Origin: Mustelus asterias
Taxonomy: Eukaryota
Assembly (NCBI RefSeq): GCF_964213995.1
Contig: NC_135803.1
Location: 60,760,001-60,824,000 of the forward strand
Length of the DNA stretch: 64,000 nucleotides
Direction: 5' to 3'
The notes under the pieces are model-generated. The model worked only from the letters and a program-made list of their open reading frames with translations, had not been told where the DNA came from and did no database searches. Positions 25,486 through 39,240 of this stretch are shown here, in pieces. Position 1 is the first letter of the stretch, and every line of letters starts with the position of its first letter. Both the position numbers and the translations under genes were made by a program.

Positions 25486-26434
25486 GAATATGACAACTAG
25501 GGGTATTTTGGCAGCTTAAGACAATGAGGGAATGTGAAAATGTCTTCATTGATTTTGGTGCTGGCATGCCTGTCTGAATTTTTTGGCCCGGTAACATTCA
25601 CATTGCTTTAATCCATGTTTTAATACCTGATTCTACTGTATTAAATAATGGCAAAATCCCCTTTTCATTTTAGAGTAAAGAAAGTAAAACTTAGCATATC
25701 TTGTACATTGTTCAGTTTTTAGTCTTATTACCTTCATTATTTTTCTTTCAATATCTTTCCCTTTCATTGGAATCTTTAGAAAAAAAATCTTGCTCCCTTT
25801 TTCTTTGTTACTTAATGTCAGAGAATAAACAGTATAAAATAGCTAAAATTCTTCTGCAGGATAACAGGCTGATGACAGGTAAAATAAACTCTTACTTCAA
25901 ATAATATTTTATGACTAGCTTGCTAAGGTGAGTTAGGTTCTTTTAAATTAAAATGGAAAGCCTTCTCTGTGCTACAGGATAAGTCAAAATATTCACAATG
26001 CTTATTATTTCCCAACATTTTAATGTAATTCAAATATTACATTTTGGTTTTCAACAATGAGAAAAACTACGGGTAGGTTTACAAAATTTATCAGCATCAT
26101 TAGTGTACCTCGCGCTCTTCCTCCATCCCTTACCCTTGGGTTTCACATAACTGCCCAAAAAATGGGCTTTAAAGAATTTCCACCCCTTTGTGTCTACACC
26201 ACCAACATGTAATGATGTTAGCTGACTGAATTGACAATCAGAGTGCAACTCACTCACAGACACTATGTCAAAGCACAAGCCTGTATCGCTCAAAGATGTT
26301 AGAATATATATACAGTCCTGTATGTGCACCATTTGACAGGTACTTCCAGTGTCAGAGTTAATATCCATACAATCTCATAAATAGAAATTCCACACAAAAC
26401 TTGTCTAACACTGTAATGTCCTAACTATGATTGG

Positions 26435-26565
26435 CATGATGTGGAGTTGCCAGGGTTGGACTGGGATAGGCACAGTAAGTAGTCTCACAACACCAGGTTA
26501 AAGTCCAACAGGTTTATTTGGTAGCACAAGTTTTTGGAGCGTTGCCCCTCACCTGATGAAGGGGT
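26435..26565 (-). mobile_element. Penelope pseudo-LTR fragment
   Basis: Matches the repeat at 63215-63305/63336-63420 (acaccaggttaaagtccaacaggtttatttggtagc); ends in ctgatgaagggg. Confidence 0.8.
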
Positions 26566-26914
26566 GATGATTGGGGTTGTGGGTTTTGAACAAAGATGTT
26601 GGTTGTACATGTACAGTCGAAGTAACACACAACAGGATTATTGAAAGAGATGTTCTCTGTACTGCACAGAACAGAAACTGAAACTAGGAGGAGCTTCTGA
26701 GCCGCCCCAATGATATCACCATCAAATCATGTGGCCTGCTCTTAAAGCAATCATGCAACTAATTAAATATATAGCAAACACATATTCCAGAGATAGATCC
26801 ATTTACTTCATCAGAAAACAACCAACTTCAAGAAGCAACTGTTCAATGGTCTCTCCTCAAGGATACAGGTGTTTCTGAATTTGTTTCCATTCTTTCCTGT
26901 ACTGTCACAAATAA

Positions 26915-29900
26915 TAGAACATAGAACATAGAAAAGCTACAGCACAAACAGGCCCTTCGGCCCACAAGTTGCGCCGAACAATTTCCTTACCTTCTAGGCT
27001 CATCTATAACCCTCTATCTTACTAACCTCCATGAACCTATCCAAAAGTCTCTTAAAAGACTCAATCGAATCCGCTTCCACCACCACTACCGGCAGCCGAT
27101 TCCACGCACCCACCACCCTCTGAGTGAAAAACTTACCCCTAACATCTCCTCTGTACCTACTCCCCAGCACCCTAAACCTGTGGCCTCTCATGACAACCAT
27201 TTCAGCCCTGGGTAAAAGACTCTGAGAATCCACTCTATCAATACCTTTCAACATCTTATACACCTCTATCAGGTCACCTCTCATCCTTCGCCTCTCCAAG
27301 GAGAATAGACCTAGCTCTCTCAACCTATCCTCATAAGGCATACCACATAATCCCGGCAACATCCTCGTAAATCTCCTCTGCACCTGTTCTATGGCTTCCG
27401 CATCCTTTCTGTAATGAGGCGACCAGAACTAGGCACAATACTCCAGGTCGGGTCTGACCAGGATCCTATACAGCTGCAGCATTGTCTCCCAATTTCTAAA
27501 CTCAATTCCTCTATTGATGAAGGCCAGTATTCCATACGCCTTCTTAACCACAGCCACTACCTGCAACGCCGCTTTGAGCGTCATAGAAATCATAGAAACC
27601 CTACAGTACAGAAAGAGGCCATTCGGCCCATCGAGTCTGCACCGACCACAATCCCACCCACACCCTACCCCTATATCCCTACATATTTTACCCGCTAATC
27701 CCTCTAATCTACGCATCCCAGGACACTAAGGGGCAATTTCAGCATGGCCAATCAACCTAACCCGCACATCTTTGGACTGTGGGAGGAAACCGGAGCACCC
27801 GGAGGAAACCCACGCAGACACGGGGAGAATGTGCAAACTCCTCACAGACAGTGACCCAAGCCGGAATCGAACCCGGGACCCTGGAGCTGTGAAGCAGCAG
27901 TGCTAACCATTGTGCTACCGTGCCGCCCTAACCCGGACCCCAAGATCCCTCTGTTCTCCCACACTGCCAAGCGTCTAACCCTTAAGATTATATTCTTCCA
28001 TCCTAGTCAACCTGCCAAAATGAACCACCACACACTTATCTGGGTTGAAGTCCATCTGCCACTTCTCCACCCAGTCTTGCATCTTATCTATGTCTCGTTG
28101 CAACTGCTGACATCCCTCTACAGTATCCACAACACCTCCAACCTTTGTGTCATCAGCAAACTTGCCAATCCATCCTTCCACTTCCTCATTTATAAAAATC
28201 ACAAAGATCAAGGGTCCCAGAACAGATCCCTGGGGCACCCCACTGGTGACCGACCTCCACTCTGAAAAAGACCCATCTACAACCACTCTTTGCCTTCTGT
28301 GGGCAAGCCAGTTCTGAATCCACAAAGCAACATCCCCTTGTATCCCATGCCCCTTCACTTTCTCCATAAGCCTTGCATGGAGCACCTTATCAAACGCCTT
28401 ACTGAACTCCATATAAACCACATCTACCGCTCTTCCCCCGTCTAAGTGTCTAGTCACATCTTCAAAAAAGTCAATCAGACTCGTAAGGCATGATCTGCCT
28501 CGGACAAAGCCATGCTGGCTACTTCTAATCATACTATTCCATTCCAAATGTTCATAAATCCTGCCTCTCAGGATCTTCTCCTTCAACTTACCTACCACTG
28601 AGGTTAGACTCACCAGTCTATAATTTCCTGGGCTATCTCTTCTCCCTTTCTTGAATAACGGAACCACATCCGCCATCCTCCAATCCTCCGGAACCTCTTC
28701 CATCTCCATTGATGATGCAAAGATCATTGCCAGAGGATCAGCAATCTCTTCCCTCGCCTCCCACAGTAACCTGGGGTACATCCCATCTGGTCCTGGTTAT
28801 TTATCTAACTTGCTGCTTTTCAACAGCTCCAACACATCCTCTTTCCTAATGCCCACATGCTCAATCTTCTCTGTCCACTGCAAGTCTGCACTGCAACTAC
28901 TAAGATCCTTTTCCACTGTGAATACTGAAGCAAAGTATTCATTGAGTACCTCTGCTATTTCAACCGGTTCAATACAGACTTTCCCACCGTCACATTTGAT
29001 AGGTCCTACTCCTTCACATCTTATCCTCTTGCTCTTCACATACTTGTAGAATGCCTTGGGGTTTTCCTTTATCCTGTCTGCCAAGGCCTTCTCATGTCCC
29101 CTCCTGGCTCTTCTAATTTCCCTCTTTAGTTCCTTCCTACCAGTCGTATACTCTTCTAGATTTCTAACATTACATGGCTCCCCGAACTTTTTGTAGGCTT
29201 TTCTTTTCTTCCTGACTAAATCCGTTACAGCTTTCGTGCACCACGGTTCCTGTAACCTACCATAACTCCCCTGTCGCACCAGAACATTGCCGTGCAGAGC
29301 TCCAGACAAATTTTCCTTGAAAATTTGCCACATTTCTTCCGTACATTTCCCTGAGAAAACTTCCTTCCAATTTATGCCTCTAATTCCCTGCCTAATAGCA
29401 TCATAGTTGCCCTTACTCCAGATAAACACTTTCCTAGCTCGGCTGATCCTATCACTCTCCAATGCTAGTGTAAAGGAGATAGAGTTATGATCACTATCCC
29501 CAAAATGCTCTCCCACTGATAGATCTGACACCTGCCCAGGTTCATTCCCTAATATCAAATCAAGCACAGCCTCTCCTCTTGTAGGCTTATCCACATACTG
29601 TGTCAGGAAGCTCTCCTGAACACACCTAACAAACTCCTCTCCATCTATACCCCTTACCCTAGGGATATTCCAATCGATATTTGGGAAATTATAATCTCCC
29701 ATCACGACCACTCTGTTATTATCACATCTCTCCAGAATCTGCTTCCCAATCTGCTCCTCCACATCTCTGCTACTATTGGGTGGCCTATAGAAAACACCCA
29801 GTAAAGTTACTGACCCCTTCCTGTTCCTAACCTCCACCCACAGAGATTCCGTAGACAATCCTTCCATGGCATCCATCTTTTCTACAGCTGTGACACTATC

Positions 29901-30180
29901 CCTGATCAACAGTGCCACTCCCCCACCTCTTTTGCCTCCTTCCCTGTCCCTCCTGAAACATCTGAAACCCAGTCCTGACCCTGAGATAAGCAAGTCTCTG
30001 TAATGGCCACCACATCACACTTCCAAGCAGCGATCCACGCTCTAAGCTCCTCCATTTTGTTCACTATACTCCTTGCGTTAAAATAAACACACCTCAACCC
30101 TTCATTCTGAGAGCTCCTCTTCCCCTTCCCCTTTCTGATATTCTTTTCCTTGCACAGGATTTGGTTTCTCTTCTGATTAG
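26915..30180 (-). mobile_element. CR1 (HER1-like) LINE with near-complete but frameshifted ORF2
   Basis: ORFs 29906-30229, 28797-29993, 27975-28781 and 27000-27383 give YFNARS, GDYNFP, SDHN, GVPQGSVLGP, FADD, RGKFFTQRVVGAWN; (ttctatg)n tail at about 26915-26935. Confidence 0.95.
27582..27928 (-). mobile_element. Young full-length HE1 SINE inserted in CR1 ORF2
   Basis: gggcggcacggtagcacaatggttagc box A, gggttcgattcc box B, V-domain, CR1-type tail, CpGs retained. Confidence 0.96.
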
Positions 30181-30559
30181 AATTTCTCCCAACCTCACAG
30201 TCGAATTGTCCAACTGAATTCAACAACAAAGGACTTGATTCTTTAGTTATTCCAAAGTCTTGCTCGGCTCAACAAGACTTTTCAACTCAGGAACTGAATA
30301 TCTTACTTAATTCCCACAAGAATTCCACTAACAAGGCACTTCGGCTTTTCAGATTAGATGTTAAATTCAGCCCATCTCTCTCTTCAGGTTGACAGAAAAA
30401 TGTCCCATGTTTTAAAAAGAATAGAGCATTCTCCTATTAACCTTGCTAACAACCTTTTCTCATTAAACACCCCCAAATACCTATTCATTTGGGAGGGCTG
30501 AGAGTGGTGGAGGTGAGGATGAGCGATATGAAAGCTAATCCCCAATATGATGACTTCAC

Positions 30560-30830
30560 AAAACAATAGCATGTGGATGAGGAAGATCACGGGATCAAAC
30601 AGTGATTCATGAGCATCTTTGGAGGTTACATTTCTGAATAAACTGTGGCTAAATCCAGAGATAGGACAACACCACTCAACTGAACAACAGCAGAAAGGAG
30701 GAGAATAATGTGGTTGACCACATCAAAGACTGTAAAGAGATGAAAGAGGATGAGAAAGAATAATGCAACATGATAGCTACGGTTGTCACTGGTGATTCTG
30801 ATCCAGGGCATTCTGGTGCTGAGGCAGGGT
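30560..30830 (-). mobile_element. L2 RT fragment
   Basis: LILFHLFTVFDVVNHIILL resembles L2 LLDLSAAFDTVDH. Confidence 0.5.
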
Positions 30831-30921
30831 TAGAATCATAGAATTCCTACAGTGCAGAAGGAGGCCATTCAACCCATCGATCATGCACTGACAACAATCC
30901 TACCCAGGCCCTATTCCCATA

Positions 30922-33298
30922 AGGTCAAAATGAAGAGTGAAGTAGTTGATTCGGAGACGAGGGTGCTGAATCTAAATAAAGGAAACTATGAAGATATGAG
31001 GCGTGAGTTGGCCTTGATTTTTTGGGGAGAGTTACTGAAAGGGATGACAGTGGATAGGCAATGGCAAACATTCAAGGAATGCATGGGGGAACTGCAGCAA
31101 CTGTTTATCCCTATCTGACACAAAAGCAAAATGGGTAAGAGGGCCAATCCATGGCTTGCAAAAGAAATTAGAGATAATATTCAATCCAAGGAAGAAGCAC
31201 GCAGGTTGGCCAAGAAAAATAATAGGACTGAGAATTGGGAGCAGTTTAGAATTCAGCAAAGAAGGACCAAGGGATTGATGAAGAAAGTAAAAATACAGTA
31301 CGAAAGTAAGCTTGCAGAGAACATAAAGACTGACACAAAGGCTGGAATTTTACCGGCATGCCTGCCCTGATTCCGAGGGCGGGCGAGGCTCAAAGAACAG
31401 CATTCTCCATGGCCTCGGGGGGAATCGTATGAAACTCGGGCAGACGTGCCAATAAAATTCCGCCCTAAGTGTTTCTATAGATACGTGAAGAGAAAGGGGT
31501 TGATGAAGACAAATGTAGGTCCCCGACAGGCAGAAACGAGGGAATGTATAATAGGGGACAAAGAAATGGCTGAGCAACTGAATACATACATTGATTCTGT
31601 CTTCATAAAAGAGGACACAAATCAGATACCAGAAATGTTGGAGAATACAAGAATTAGTGAGAGGGAAAAACTGAGGGAAATCATTAGTAGAGAAATGGTG
31701 CTGGGAAAATTGAGGGGAATGAAAGCATACAAATCCCCAGGGCCTGATAATCTACACCCCAGAGTACTTAAGGAAGTGGCTCTAGAAATAGTGGATGTAT
31801 TGGTGGTCATCTTCCAGGATTCTATAGACTCTGGAACAGTCCCTGCAGATTGGAGGGTAGCTAATGTCACTCCAATATTCAAAAAGGGAGGTAGAGAGAA
31901 AACAGGGAATTATAGACCAGTAAGCCTAACATCAATAGTGGGGAAAATTTTCGAATCCATTATCAAGGACTTTATAGTGGAGCATTCAAAAAGCAGTGAC
32001 AGGATCAGACAGAGTCAGCATGCATTTATGAAGGGGAAATCATGCTTGACAAATCTGTTGGAATTTTTTGAAGATGTAATTAGTAGAGTTGACAAGGGGG
32101 AGCCAGTCATTGCGGTATATTTGGACTTTCAAAAAGTGTTTGACAAAGCCCTGCATAAGAGATTATCATATAAGATTAAAGCACATGGAATTGGAGGAAG
32201 CGTATTGAGATGGATAGAAAACTAGTTGGCAGAGAGAAAACAAAAAAACTAGCAATAAATAGGTCCTTTTAAATTGACAGGCAGTAACTAGTGGGGTACC
32301 ACAGGGATCGTGCTGGGACTCCAGCTATTCACAATATATATTAATGATTTGGATGAGGAACAAAATGTAACATCTCAAGGTTTGCAGATGATACCAGGTT
32401 GGGTGGGAGGGTGAACTGTGACAAGGATGCAGAGATCCTTCAGCATGATCTGGACAGGTTGAGTGAGTGGGCAAATCTATGGCAGATGCAGTATAATTTG
32501 GATAAATATTCATTTTGGAAGCAAAAACAAGAAGGCAGATTGCTACCTGAATGGCTGTAAATTGGGAGAGGGGAGTGTGTCATGGGACCTGGTTGTCCTT
32601 GTGCATCAGTCACTGAAGGTAAGCATGCAGGTGCAGCAGGCGGTAAAGAAGGCAAATGGTATGTTGACCTACATTGCGAGAGGTTTTGAGTACAGGAGCA
32701 GGGATGTTTTGGTGCAATTATACAGGGCCTTGGTGAGGCCACACCGAGAGTATTGTGTGCAGCTTTTGTCTCCTTTTCTGAGGAAGGATGTTCTTGCTTT
32801 CGAAGGAGTGCAGCTGAGGTTTACCAGGCTGATTCCGGGGATGGTGGGACTGAAGTATGAGGAGAGATTGATTAGGTTAGGATTGTTTTCACTGGAGTTC
32901 AGATGAATTAGGGGGGCTCTCATAGAGACTTATCAAATTCTAACAGGCCTAGACAGGGTTGATGCAGGGAGGATATTCCTGATGGTGGGTGTGTCCAGAA
33001 CCAGGGGTCACATTCCGAGGATTCGGGATAGGCCATTTAGAATGGAGGTGAGGAGGCATTTCTTTACCCAAAGAGTGGTGAGCCTATGGAATTCATTATC
33101 ACAGGAAGTAGTTGATGCCCAAACTTTGAATGTATTCTAGATATAGCACTTGAGGCGAATAGGATCAAAGGTTACGGGGAGAAAGCAGGATTAGGTTATT
33201 GAGTTGGACGATTAGCCATGACCGTGATGAATGGCAAAGCAGGCTCGAAGGGCTAAATGGCCTCCTCCTGCTCCTATATTCTATGTTTCTATGTTTCT
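30922..33298 (+). mobile_element. CR1 LINE, 5'-truncated and frameshifted; an HE1 tail (30832-30920, minus) abuts its 5' end
   Basis: ORFs 30852-31118, 31131-31370, 31446-32225, 32463-32906 with CR1 motifs; tail ttctatgtttctatgtttcta. Confidence 0.94.
31340..31465. mobile_element. PIF/Harbinger-type MITE inserted in CR1 ORF2
   Basis: TIRs ggctggaatttta ... taaaattccgccc; 3-bp flanks aaa/taa; CR1 text gactgacac|taagtgtttctataga rejoins across it. Confidence 0.85.
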
Positions 33299-33299
33299 A

Positions 33300-33537
33300 C
33301 ATAACCCCACGTATTTACCCTGCTAGTCCCCTGACACTAAGGGGCAATTCAGCATGTCCAATCAACCAAACTCACACATTTTTGAAGTGTGGAAGGAAAC
33401 TGGAGCACGCGGAGGAAACCCACACAGACACGGGGAGAATGTGCAAACTCAACACACAGTGACCCGAGGCCGGAATTGAACTTGGCTCCTTGGCGTTGTG
33501 AGACAGCAGTGCTAACCACAGTGCTATCGTGCCGCCC
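33300..33537 (-). mobile_element. HE1 SINE (tail truncated)
   Basis: Head gggcggcacgatagcactgtggttagc and V-domain. Confidence 0.9.
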
Positions 33538-34751
33538 AAAACCTTATTTGAAAGATTAATGCTGATTTCGGGATAAACAGAACTTGAAAAGGAATTGGAG
33601 GAAACAGCTGGTAGATTACCTTCAGCAATTTTCCATCTCATGAAATATAGAGCAGTGAATTGGTTTGAAATCTGCGTTGTTATAAGTTATCGCACAAATT
33701 AAATTACAAAAAAGTATCAAAATCTTGCTGAGTTCATAAATGTTTGGTATATTTCTTTGTAAGTTAGTAGGAACTTAAGTGTCATAGCAGTTACGTTATC
33801 AAACATTGGAAAAGGGGTTAAAAGGAAAATCTGTAACTTTATCTTGTATTATTCTAGGTAGTAGCGAATGCTTTCAGCAATGGTATTGTGGTTTGAAGTA
33901 ATACAAATGATACATGTAGATTTACTATACGTAATCAAGATGTTTTTCCCAGTGCTAGTTTTATAAATTTCAAAGTAACTATCAGCTATTCTACTAAAAG
34001 AAACACAAGGTTTCTTTATATTTATAATATTCTAATAGTCAACAAAGCACCCATAATTACTTGTTTATGTTATAAAACCTATGTTTATTTTGAAAATGAC
34101 TTTAGTTACTGAGTGAGTGAAACCATCAGTTAAGTAAAAAAACTGAACAAAAGTGTTTTTAATAACTTGAATTCTACCTTCCAAGATGGTCAAACATTTG
34201 CATAACTTTGTCAGGCTATCTGAAAGTAGCCTACAAGATACAAATTGGATGAGTGTGACTGACCCATCTCTTGAACCATTCACAAAACATTCAGACATCG
34301 CCTTTGTATTCAGTGGGCAGTGGAACAAGCCCATGGACTTGATAATTTGGACAATGTACCCCGGCTGCGAAGAGAATTCCTCTGGCTATAATCTAATCAT
34401 TTCTAAACAATGAACCTGGTGTCAGCTTGCTATGACCATTTTTAGAAAACTGATCTGTTTGAGAGGAGCAAACTAACCGTCTTTGTGCTTAAGAAACTGC
34501 TTTTCTCCAGGTAAGTCTAAAGAAGAAAGACAGCCAGGATGTGAGACCCTGAGTAAGCACTCTTCCCATACTCCAGCCATCCTGCAAACTTATGCCCTGC
34601 CTATTGTTTGACCAGCTATATGTCACTGCCAGTGACATATCAAAAAAAATCCAACAGCTGCTGGCATCAGAAGAAAATTAAAATTGTCCGTCAACTTCCC
34701 TAAGTTGTCTCGACACAGAATTTGGAAAGAACATTTGAGTCCATTCTGCAA

Positions 34752-35020
34752 CGGTGGCACAGTGGTTAGCACTGCTGCCTCACAGCACCAGGGACCCGGG
34801 TTCGATTCCCGGCTTGGGTCACTGTCTGTGTGGAGTTTGCACATTCTCCCTGTGTCTGCGTGGGTTTCCTCTAGGTGTTCCGGTTTCGTCCCTCAGTCTG
34901 AAAGACGTGCTGGTTAGGTGCATTGACCCGAACAGGTGCTGGAGTGAGGCAACTAGAGGAATTTCACATAACTTCATTGCAGTGTTAATGTAAGCCTTAC
35001 TTGTGATTGATAAATAAACT
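34752..35020 (+). mobile_element. HE1/V-SINE with Rex1-like tail
   Basis: cggtggcacagtggttagc...gggttcgattccc, V-domain, tail aacttcattgcagtgttaatgtaagccttacttgtga...taaataaact. Confidence 0.92.
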
Positions 35021-35916
35021 TCCACTTCATCAAGGGCAATTCAGGATGGGCAGCAAAGACTGATCTTGCCAGTGACACACACGTCTCATTGAGAAATTAA
35101 AAAACAAGCAAGTGAATCACCTTGCATTCTTCAGGTTTTCAAATACAACAGCTTAAATTTGACCCAGCTGAAAGGCAACATACTCGAACTCAAATTTCCA
35201 AACATTTCACCTTCAGGAAAACTATGCTGTCAGCACCTCATGTCAAAGCAGTGTGCTGTCAGCTGTGCCATGGAAAAAATGGTTATGGGTTCAGCAGATA
35301 AGTTATTTATATGTTCCCTTAGTCTTGGCTGTGGAGTTCAACATGGGTCTAAATGACCAGTTGTAAAGGTTAAAAACTACAGATAAAGTACTGAATGCAA
35401 ATATGTCATTCATCATCTCCAACTATCTACTTTCCGGTGTTAATGCATGCTAATGGTTGACACGTCCAATTAAGGTCAGCTAAAGTGGCCATCACAAATG
35501 TTACATTATTATATTAATTCAAATTAAAATATATATGTAAAATAAAAATTGCTGCCACCATCTTGACCCTGAGCTATTTTCAATGGGGGTGCTTGGCAGC
35601 CAGCTAGTTGAGGCCAATTATTTTCAATTAAGGATGTTATTAAACACTCAATCCTGCACTATCTGGCATTTCCAGTCAGCAATATATGCAGTTCATGTTG
35701 GCCTGAACCCCAACCCACAATGGCCATGGGACCACAGCTGCAACCACTGACCATCCCTTGGAGAGGCTGTTTGAAACATTACAACAATCTTACCTTCTCT
35801 TGTCCTTTGGTTTCTGCATGTTCACTTCAACAGTTCCCACCTTGTCCAGTGGGATTGCTGATGTTTGAATGCTGGAAGGCCTCCCATTGACCCTCCAACC
35901 CTGGGAGCCACCCATT

Positions 35917-36041
35917 GGCCAGAATGTTTCAACCTCGCTAGGTGAGGTTCGTAATGTCCTGCCCGAGGTCAACGGAGAATTCCATTCTGCAAGCCGCGCC
36001 CGCCCCGATTCTGGGATTGGTATAGCAATAAAATTCTGACC
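35917..36041. mobile_element. PIF/Harbinger-type MITE
   Basis: TIRs ggccagaat ... attctgacc with att/att 3-bp duplication. Confidence 0.75.
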
Positions 36042-36440
36042 ATTGTCTCTGATTACATAGCAAGCCTGCTCCCTTTTCTTTAATTGGCTGAAGGTTTGAA
36101 AACACATGTGGGGGTGCCTGAAGCATGTCATGCATGATTGGGACTCAGAACTCTCACCAGTTCTCAATCCCCTTGAAAACCACTAACATCAAGTTAGGTG
36201 GGAAGGTAAATTGTTAAGAGAAGGTAAAGAGTCTGCAAAAGGATATAGACAGGTTTAGTGAGTGGACAAAAATGTGCAGATGGAGTATAATGTGGGTACA
36301 TGTGAACTTGTTCATGTTGGCAGGAAGAGTAGAAAAGCAATATACTCTTTAATTGTAAAAGAGATTACAGAGGGATCTGGGTGTCCTTGTTCATAAATTA
36401 TATAAAGGTAGAATGCAGCTGCAGCAAGTGATTAGGAAGG

Positions 36441-36915
36441 ATTTGATTTGAATTGATTTATTATTTTCACATGTATTAGCATACAGTGAAAAGTATTGTT
36501 TCTTGCGTGCTATACAGACAAAGCATACCGTTCATAGAGAAGGAAATGAGAGAGTGCAGAATGTCGTGTTACAGTCAAAGCTAGGGTGTAGAGAAAGATC
36601 AACTTAATGCAAGGTAAGTCCATTCAAAAGTCTGATGGCAACAGGGAAGAAGCTATTCTTGAGTCGGTTGGTACATGACCTCAGACTTTTGCATCTTTTT
36701 CCCGACAGAAGAAGGTGGAAGAGAGAATGTCCGGGGGGGCGTGGGGTCCTTAATTATGCTGGCTGCTTTGCTGAGGCAGTGGTAAGTGTAGACAGAGTGA
36801 ATGGATGGGAGGCTGGTTTGCGTGATGGATTGGGCTACATTCACAACCTTTTGTAGTTTCTTGCAGTCTTGGGCAGATCAGGAGCCATACCAACCTGTGA
36901 TACGACCAGAAAGAT
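36441..36915 (-). mobile_element. Rex1/Babar LINE 3' fragment
   Basis: KLQKVVNVAQSITQTSLPSIHSVYTYHCLSKAASIIKDPT...RLKNSFFPVAIRLLN and tail ttttcactgtatgctaatacatgtgaaaataataaatc. Confidence 0.88.
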
Positions 36916-37164
36916 TGCAAATAGAATGTTGATGTTTATTGCAAGAGGAATGTAATATAAAAGTAAGGAAGTTTTACTGCAGCTGTATGGGACCTTGGTG
37001 AGACCACATCTGCAATAGTGTGTGCATATTTAGTCTCCTTCTAAAAAAAGATATAATTGCTTTAGATGCAGTACAAAGGAGGATCACTGGAAGTCATTCC
37101 TAAAATGAAGGGGTTGTCTTATGAAGAAAGGTTGAGCAGGTTGGGTCTATACCCATGAGAATTA

Positions 37165-37710
37165 CCATAAGACATAGGAGAAGAATTAGGCCATTCGGCC
37201 CATCGAATCTGCTCCGCCATTTAATTATGACTAATACTTTTCTCATCCCCATTCTCCTGCCTTTTCCCCATAATCCCTGATCCCCTTATAAATCAAAAAC
37301 CTATCTATTTCTGTCTTAAAGACACTCAATGACCTGGCCTCCTCAGCCTTCTGTGGCAAAGAGTTTGACAGATTCACCACTCTCTGGCTGAAGAAATTCC
37401 TCCTCATCTCTGTTTTAAAGGATCGTCTCTTTAGCCAGAGGTTGTGCGCTCTGGTTCTAGCTTTTCCAACAAGTGGAAACATCCTCTCCACATACACTCT
37501 ATCCAGGCCTCGCAGTATCCTGTAAGTTTCAATAAAATCCCCCCTCATCCTTCTAAACTCCAATGAGTACAGACCCAGAGTCCTCAGCCATTCCTCATAT
37601 GACAAGCTCTTCATTCCAGGGATTATTCTTGTGAACCTCCTCTGGACTCTTTCTGAGGCCAGCACATCCTTCCTTAGGTACGGGGTCCAAAACTGCTCAG
37701 AATACTCCAA
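37165..37710 (-). mobile_element. Young CR1 3' fragment
   Basis: 155-aa open C-terminus EYSEQFWTPYLRKD...RRNFFSQRVVNL; tail tatgtcttatgg like the 8445 copy. Confidence 0.93.
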
Positions 37711-38059
37711 GACAGAGATGAGGAGAAACTTTTTCTCCCAAAGGGTTGTTATTGTGTGGAATTCTCTTCCCTAGGAAGTAGTGGAGGCTGGGGCTTTGAA
37801 TTTAGTCAAGGCAGAGTTAGGTAGGTTTCTGTAAGAAAGTCAAAGTTACTGGGTGGCAGACAGGAAAATGAAGTTGAGACCACAACTCGATCAGCCGTAA
37901 TCTTATTCAATGGTGGAGCTGGTTCGAAGGGCCAAAGGACCTACTTCTCGTCCTATGTTCCTGTTTTCCTAAAATCCAGACCAATTGCTTCAGGGCTGCC
38001 TTCATCAGAACTGGAAAAAGTTAGACAGGTAATAGGATTTGACCAAGTGGAAGTTTAAA

Positions 38060-38382
38060 AAGGCTTACATTAACACTGCAATGAAGTTACTGTGAAAATC
38101 CACTAGTCGCCACACTCCGGGGCCTGTTACTTGGGGAATTTCGCAGTAACTTCATTGCAGTGTAAGCCTTACTTGTGACTAATAAATAAACTTTACTTGT
38201 TCAGGTACACTGAGGGAGAATTTAGCATGGCTAATGCGCTTAACATATTTGGACTGTGGGAGGAAACTGGAGCACCCAGAGGAAATCCACGGGGAGAACA
38301 TGCAGACTCCGCACAGTGACCCAAGCCGGGAATTGAACCCGGGTCCCTGGTGCTGTGAGGCAGCATGCTAACCACTATGCCA
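38060..38382 (-). mobile_element. V-SINE with Rex1-like tail and an inverted second tail copy (about 38133-38195)
   Basis: ctgcaatgaagttactgtgaaaatcc followed by ggaatttcgcagtaacttcattgcag. Confidence 0.8.
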
Positions 38383-38624
38383 AGTGAAAGGGGGGAAGGT
38401 AGGAAGAAGAACAAATGAGAAAGTCTGTGATTAATTGGAGGGCAGGACAGATTAAATGCAAAATATTTTGAGTTTTGATAAAAAGCTGATCAAACTCAAG
38501 AAGGGAAATAGAAAGCAACGAAGGTGAACAAGGTAAAAGTGACAAATGGAAATCCTGTCAGAGAATAGAGCAGAACCTCTTCAGAGCATTACTGAAAGTG
38601 CAATGGCAGCGAATTAACCACCAA

Positions 38625-38780
38625 TACAAAGGCAAAATGCTGCAGATGCTGAAAATCTGAAATAAAAACAGAAAATGCTGGAAATACTCATCAGGACTGG
38701 CAGCATTTCGACAGATATTCTTCAAGCATTTTTTGTTTTTGTTTCAGATTTCCAGCACCAGCAGAATTTTGTTTTTGAAT
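38625..38780. repeat. Penelope-derived fold-back element
   Basis: tgctgaaaatctgaaataaaaacagaaaatgct ... agcattttttgtttttgtttcagatttccagca inverted arms. Confidence 0.7.
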
Positions 38781-38869
38781 TAATATAAAAGTACTTGGTA
38801 TCATATCTACTTAATTAATCCAGCACATTTCTTAGTTTTTAGTGTCTCATCAGTTTGTAGCATTTGTAA

Positions 38870-39240
38870 TAGTTCCAAGATGTACAGGTTTGATGGATTG
38901 GCCATGTTAACTTGCCCCTTGATAAGCGCAAGATGCTGTGGATGCTGGAATCTGAAATAAAAAAAGAAAAATGCTGGAAAATTCCAACTGGTCTGACAGC
39001 ATCTGTGCAGAGACAGTAGAGCAAATGTTTCAAGTCTAGATGACCCTTCATCATGTGTTGGGTTAAATTGCCCCTTAGTGTCCTAAGATGTGTAGGCTAG
39101 ATGGATTAGTCATGGGAAATGTGTGGGGTTGTAGAGGTAGTGGGGGAGAGGGTCTGGGTAAAATACTCAGTCAGAGAGTCCGTGTAGACTTGATGGGCTG
39201 AATGGCCTCTTCTGTACTGTCAGGATTCTATGATTCTGAA
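38870..39240 (+). mobile_element. HE1 SINE 3' half interrupted by a Penelope-derived arm (about 38922-39055)
   Basis: ttgcccctt occurs on both sides of the insert; insert ends gtttcaagtctagatgacccttcatca (hammerhead-like on minus). Confidence 0.75.

Larger units (their letters stand above)
36190..37965 (+). mobile_element. Old CR1 fragment carrying two nested insertions
   Basis: CR1 RT-to-tail motifs (tgcagatggagtataatgtggg, ttggtgagaccacatctg, gagatgaggagaaacttttt, ggttcgaagggcc tail). Confidence 0.8.

Noticed and set aside
26051-26368. 105-aa minus-strand ORF
   Set aside because: No motif or exon structure; length is within chance expectation for a 64-kb six-frame scan.
26575-26790. Possible minus-strand solo LTR
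   Set aside because: LTR-like composition, but ends and TSD could not be fixed.
27860-27928. tRNA gene
   Set aside because: Box A/B head runs straight into the V-domain, so it is a SINE head; the same holds for the other copies.
34186-34510. Possible coding exon with strong donor cag|gtaagt and a 75-aa ORF
   Set aside because: No frame is open through to the donor and no family is recognised; a non-coding exon cannot be excluded.
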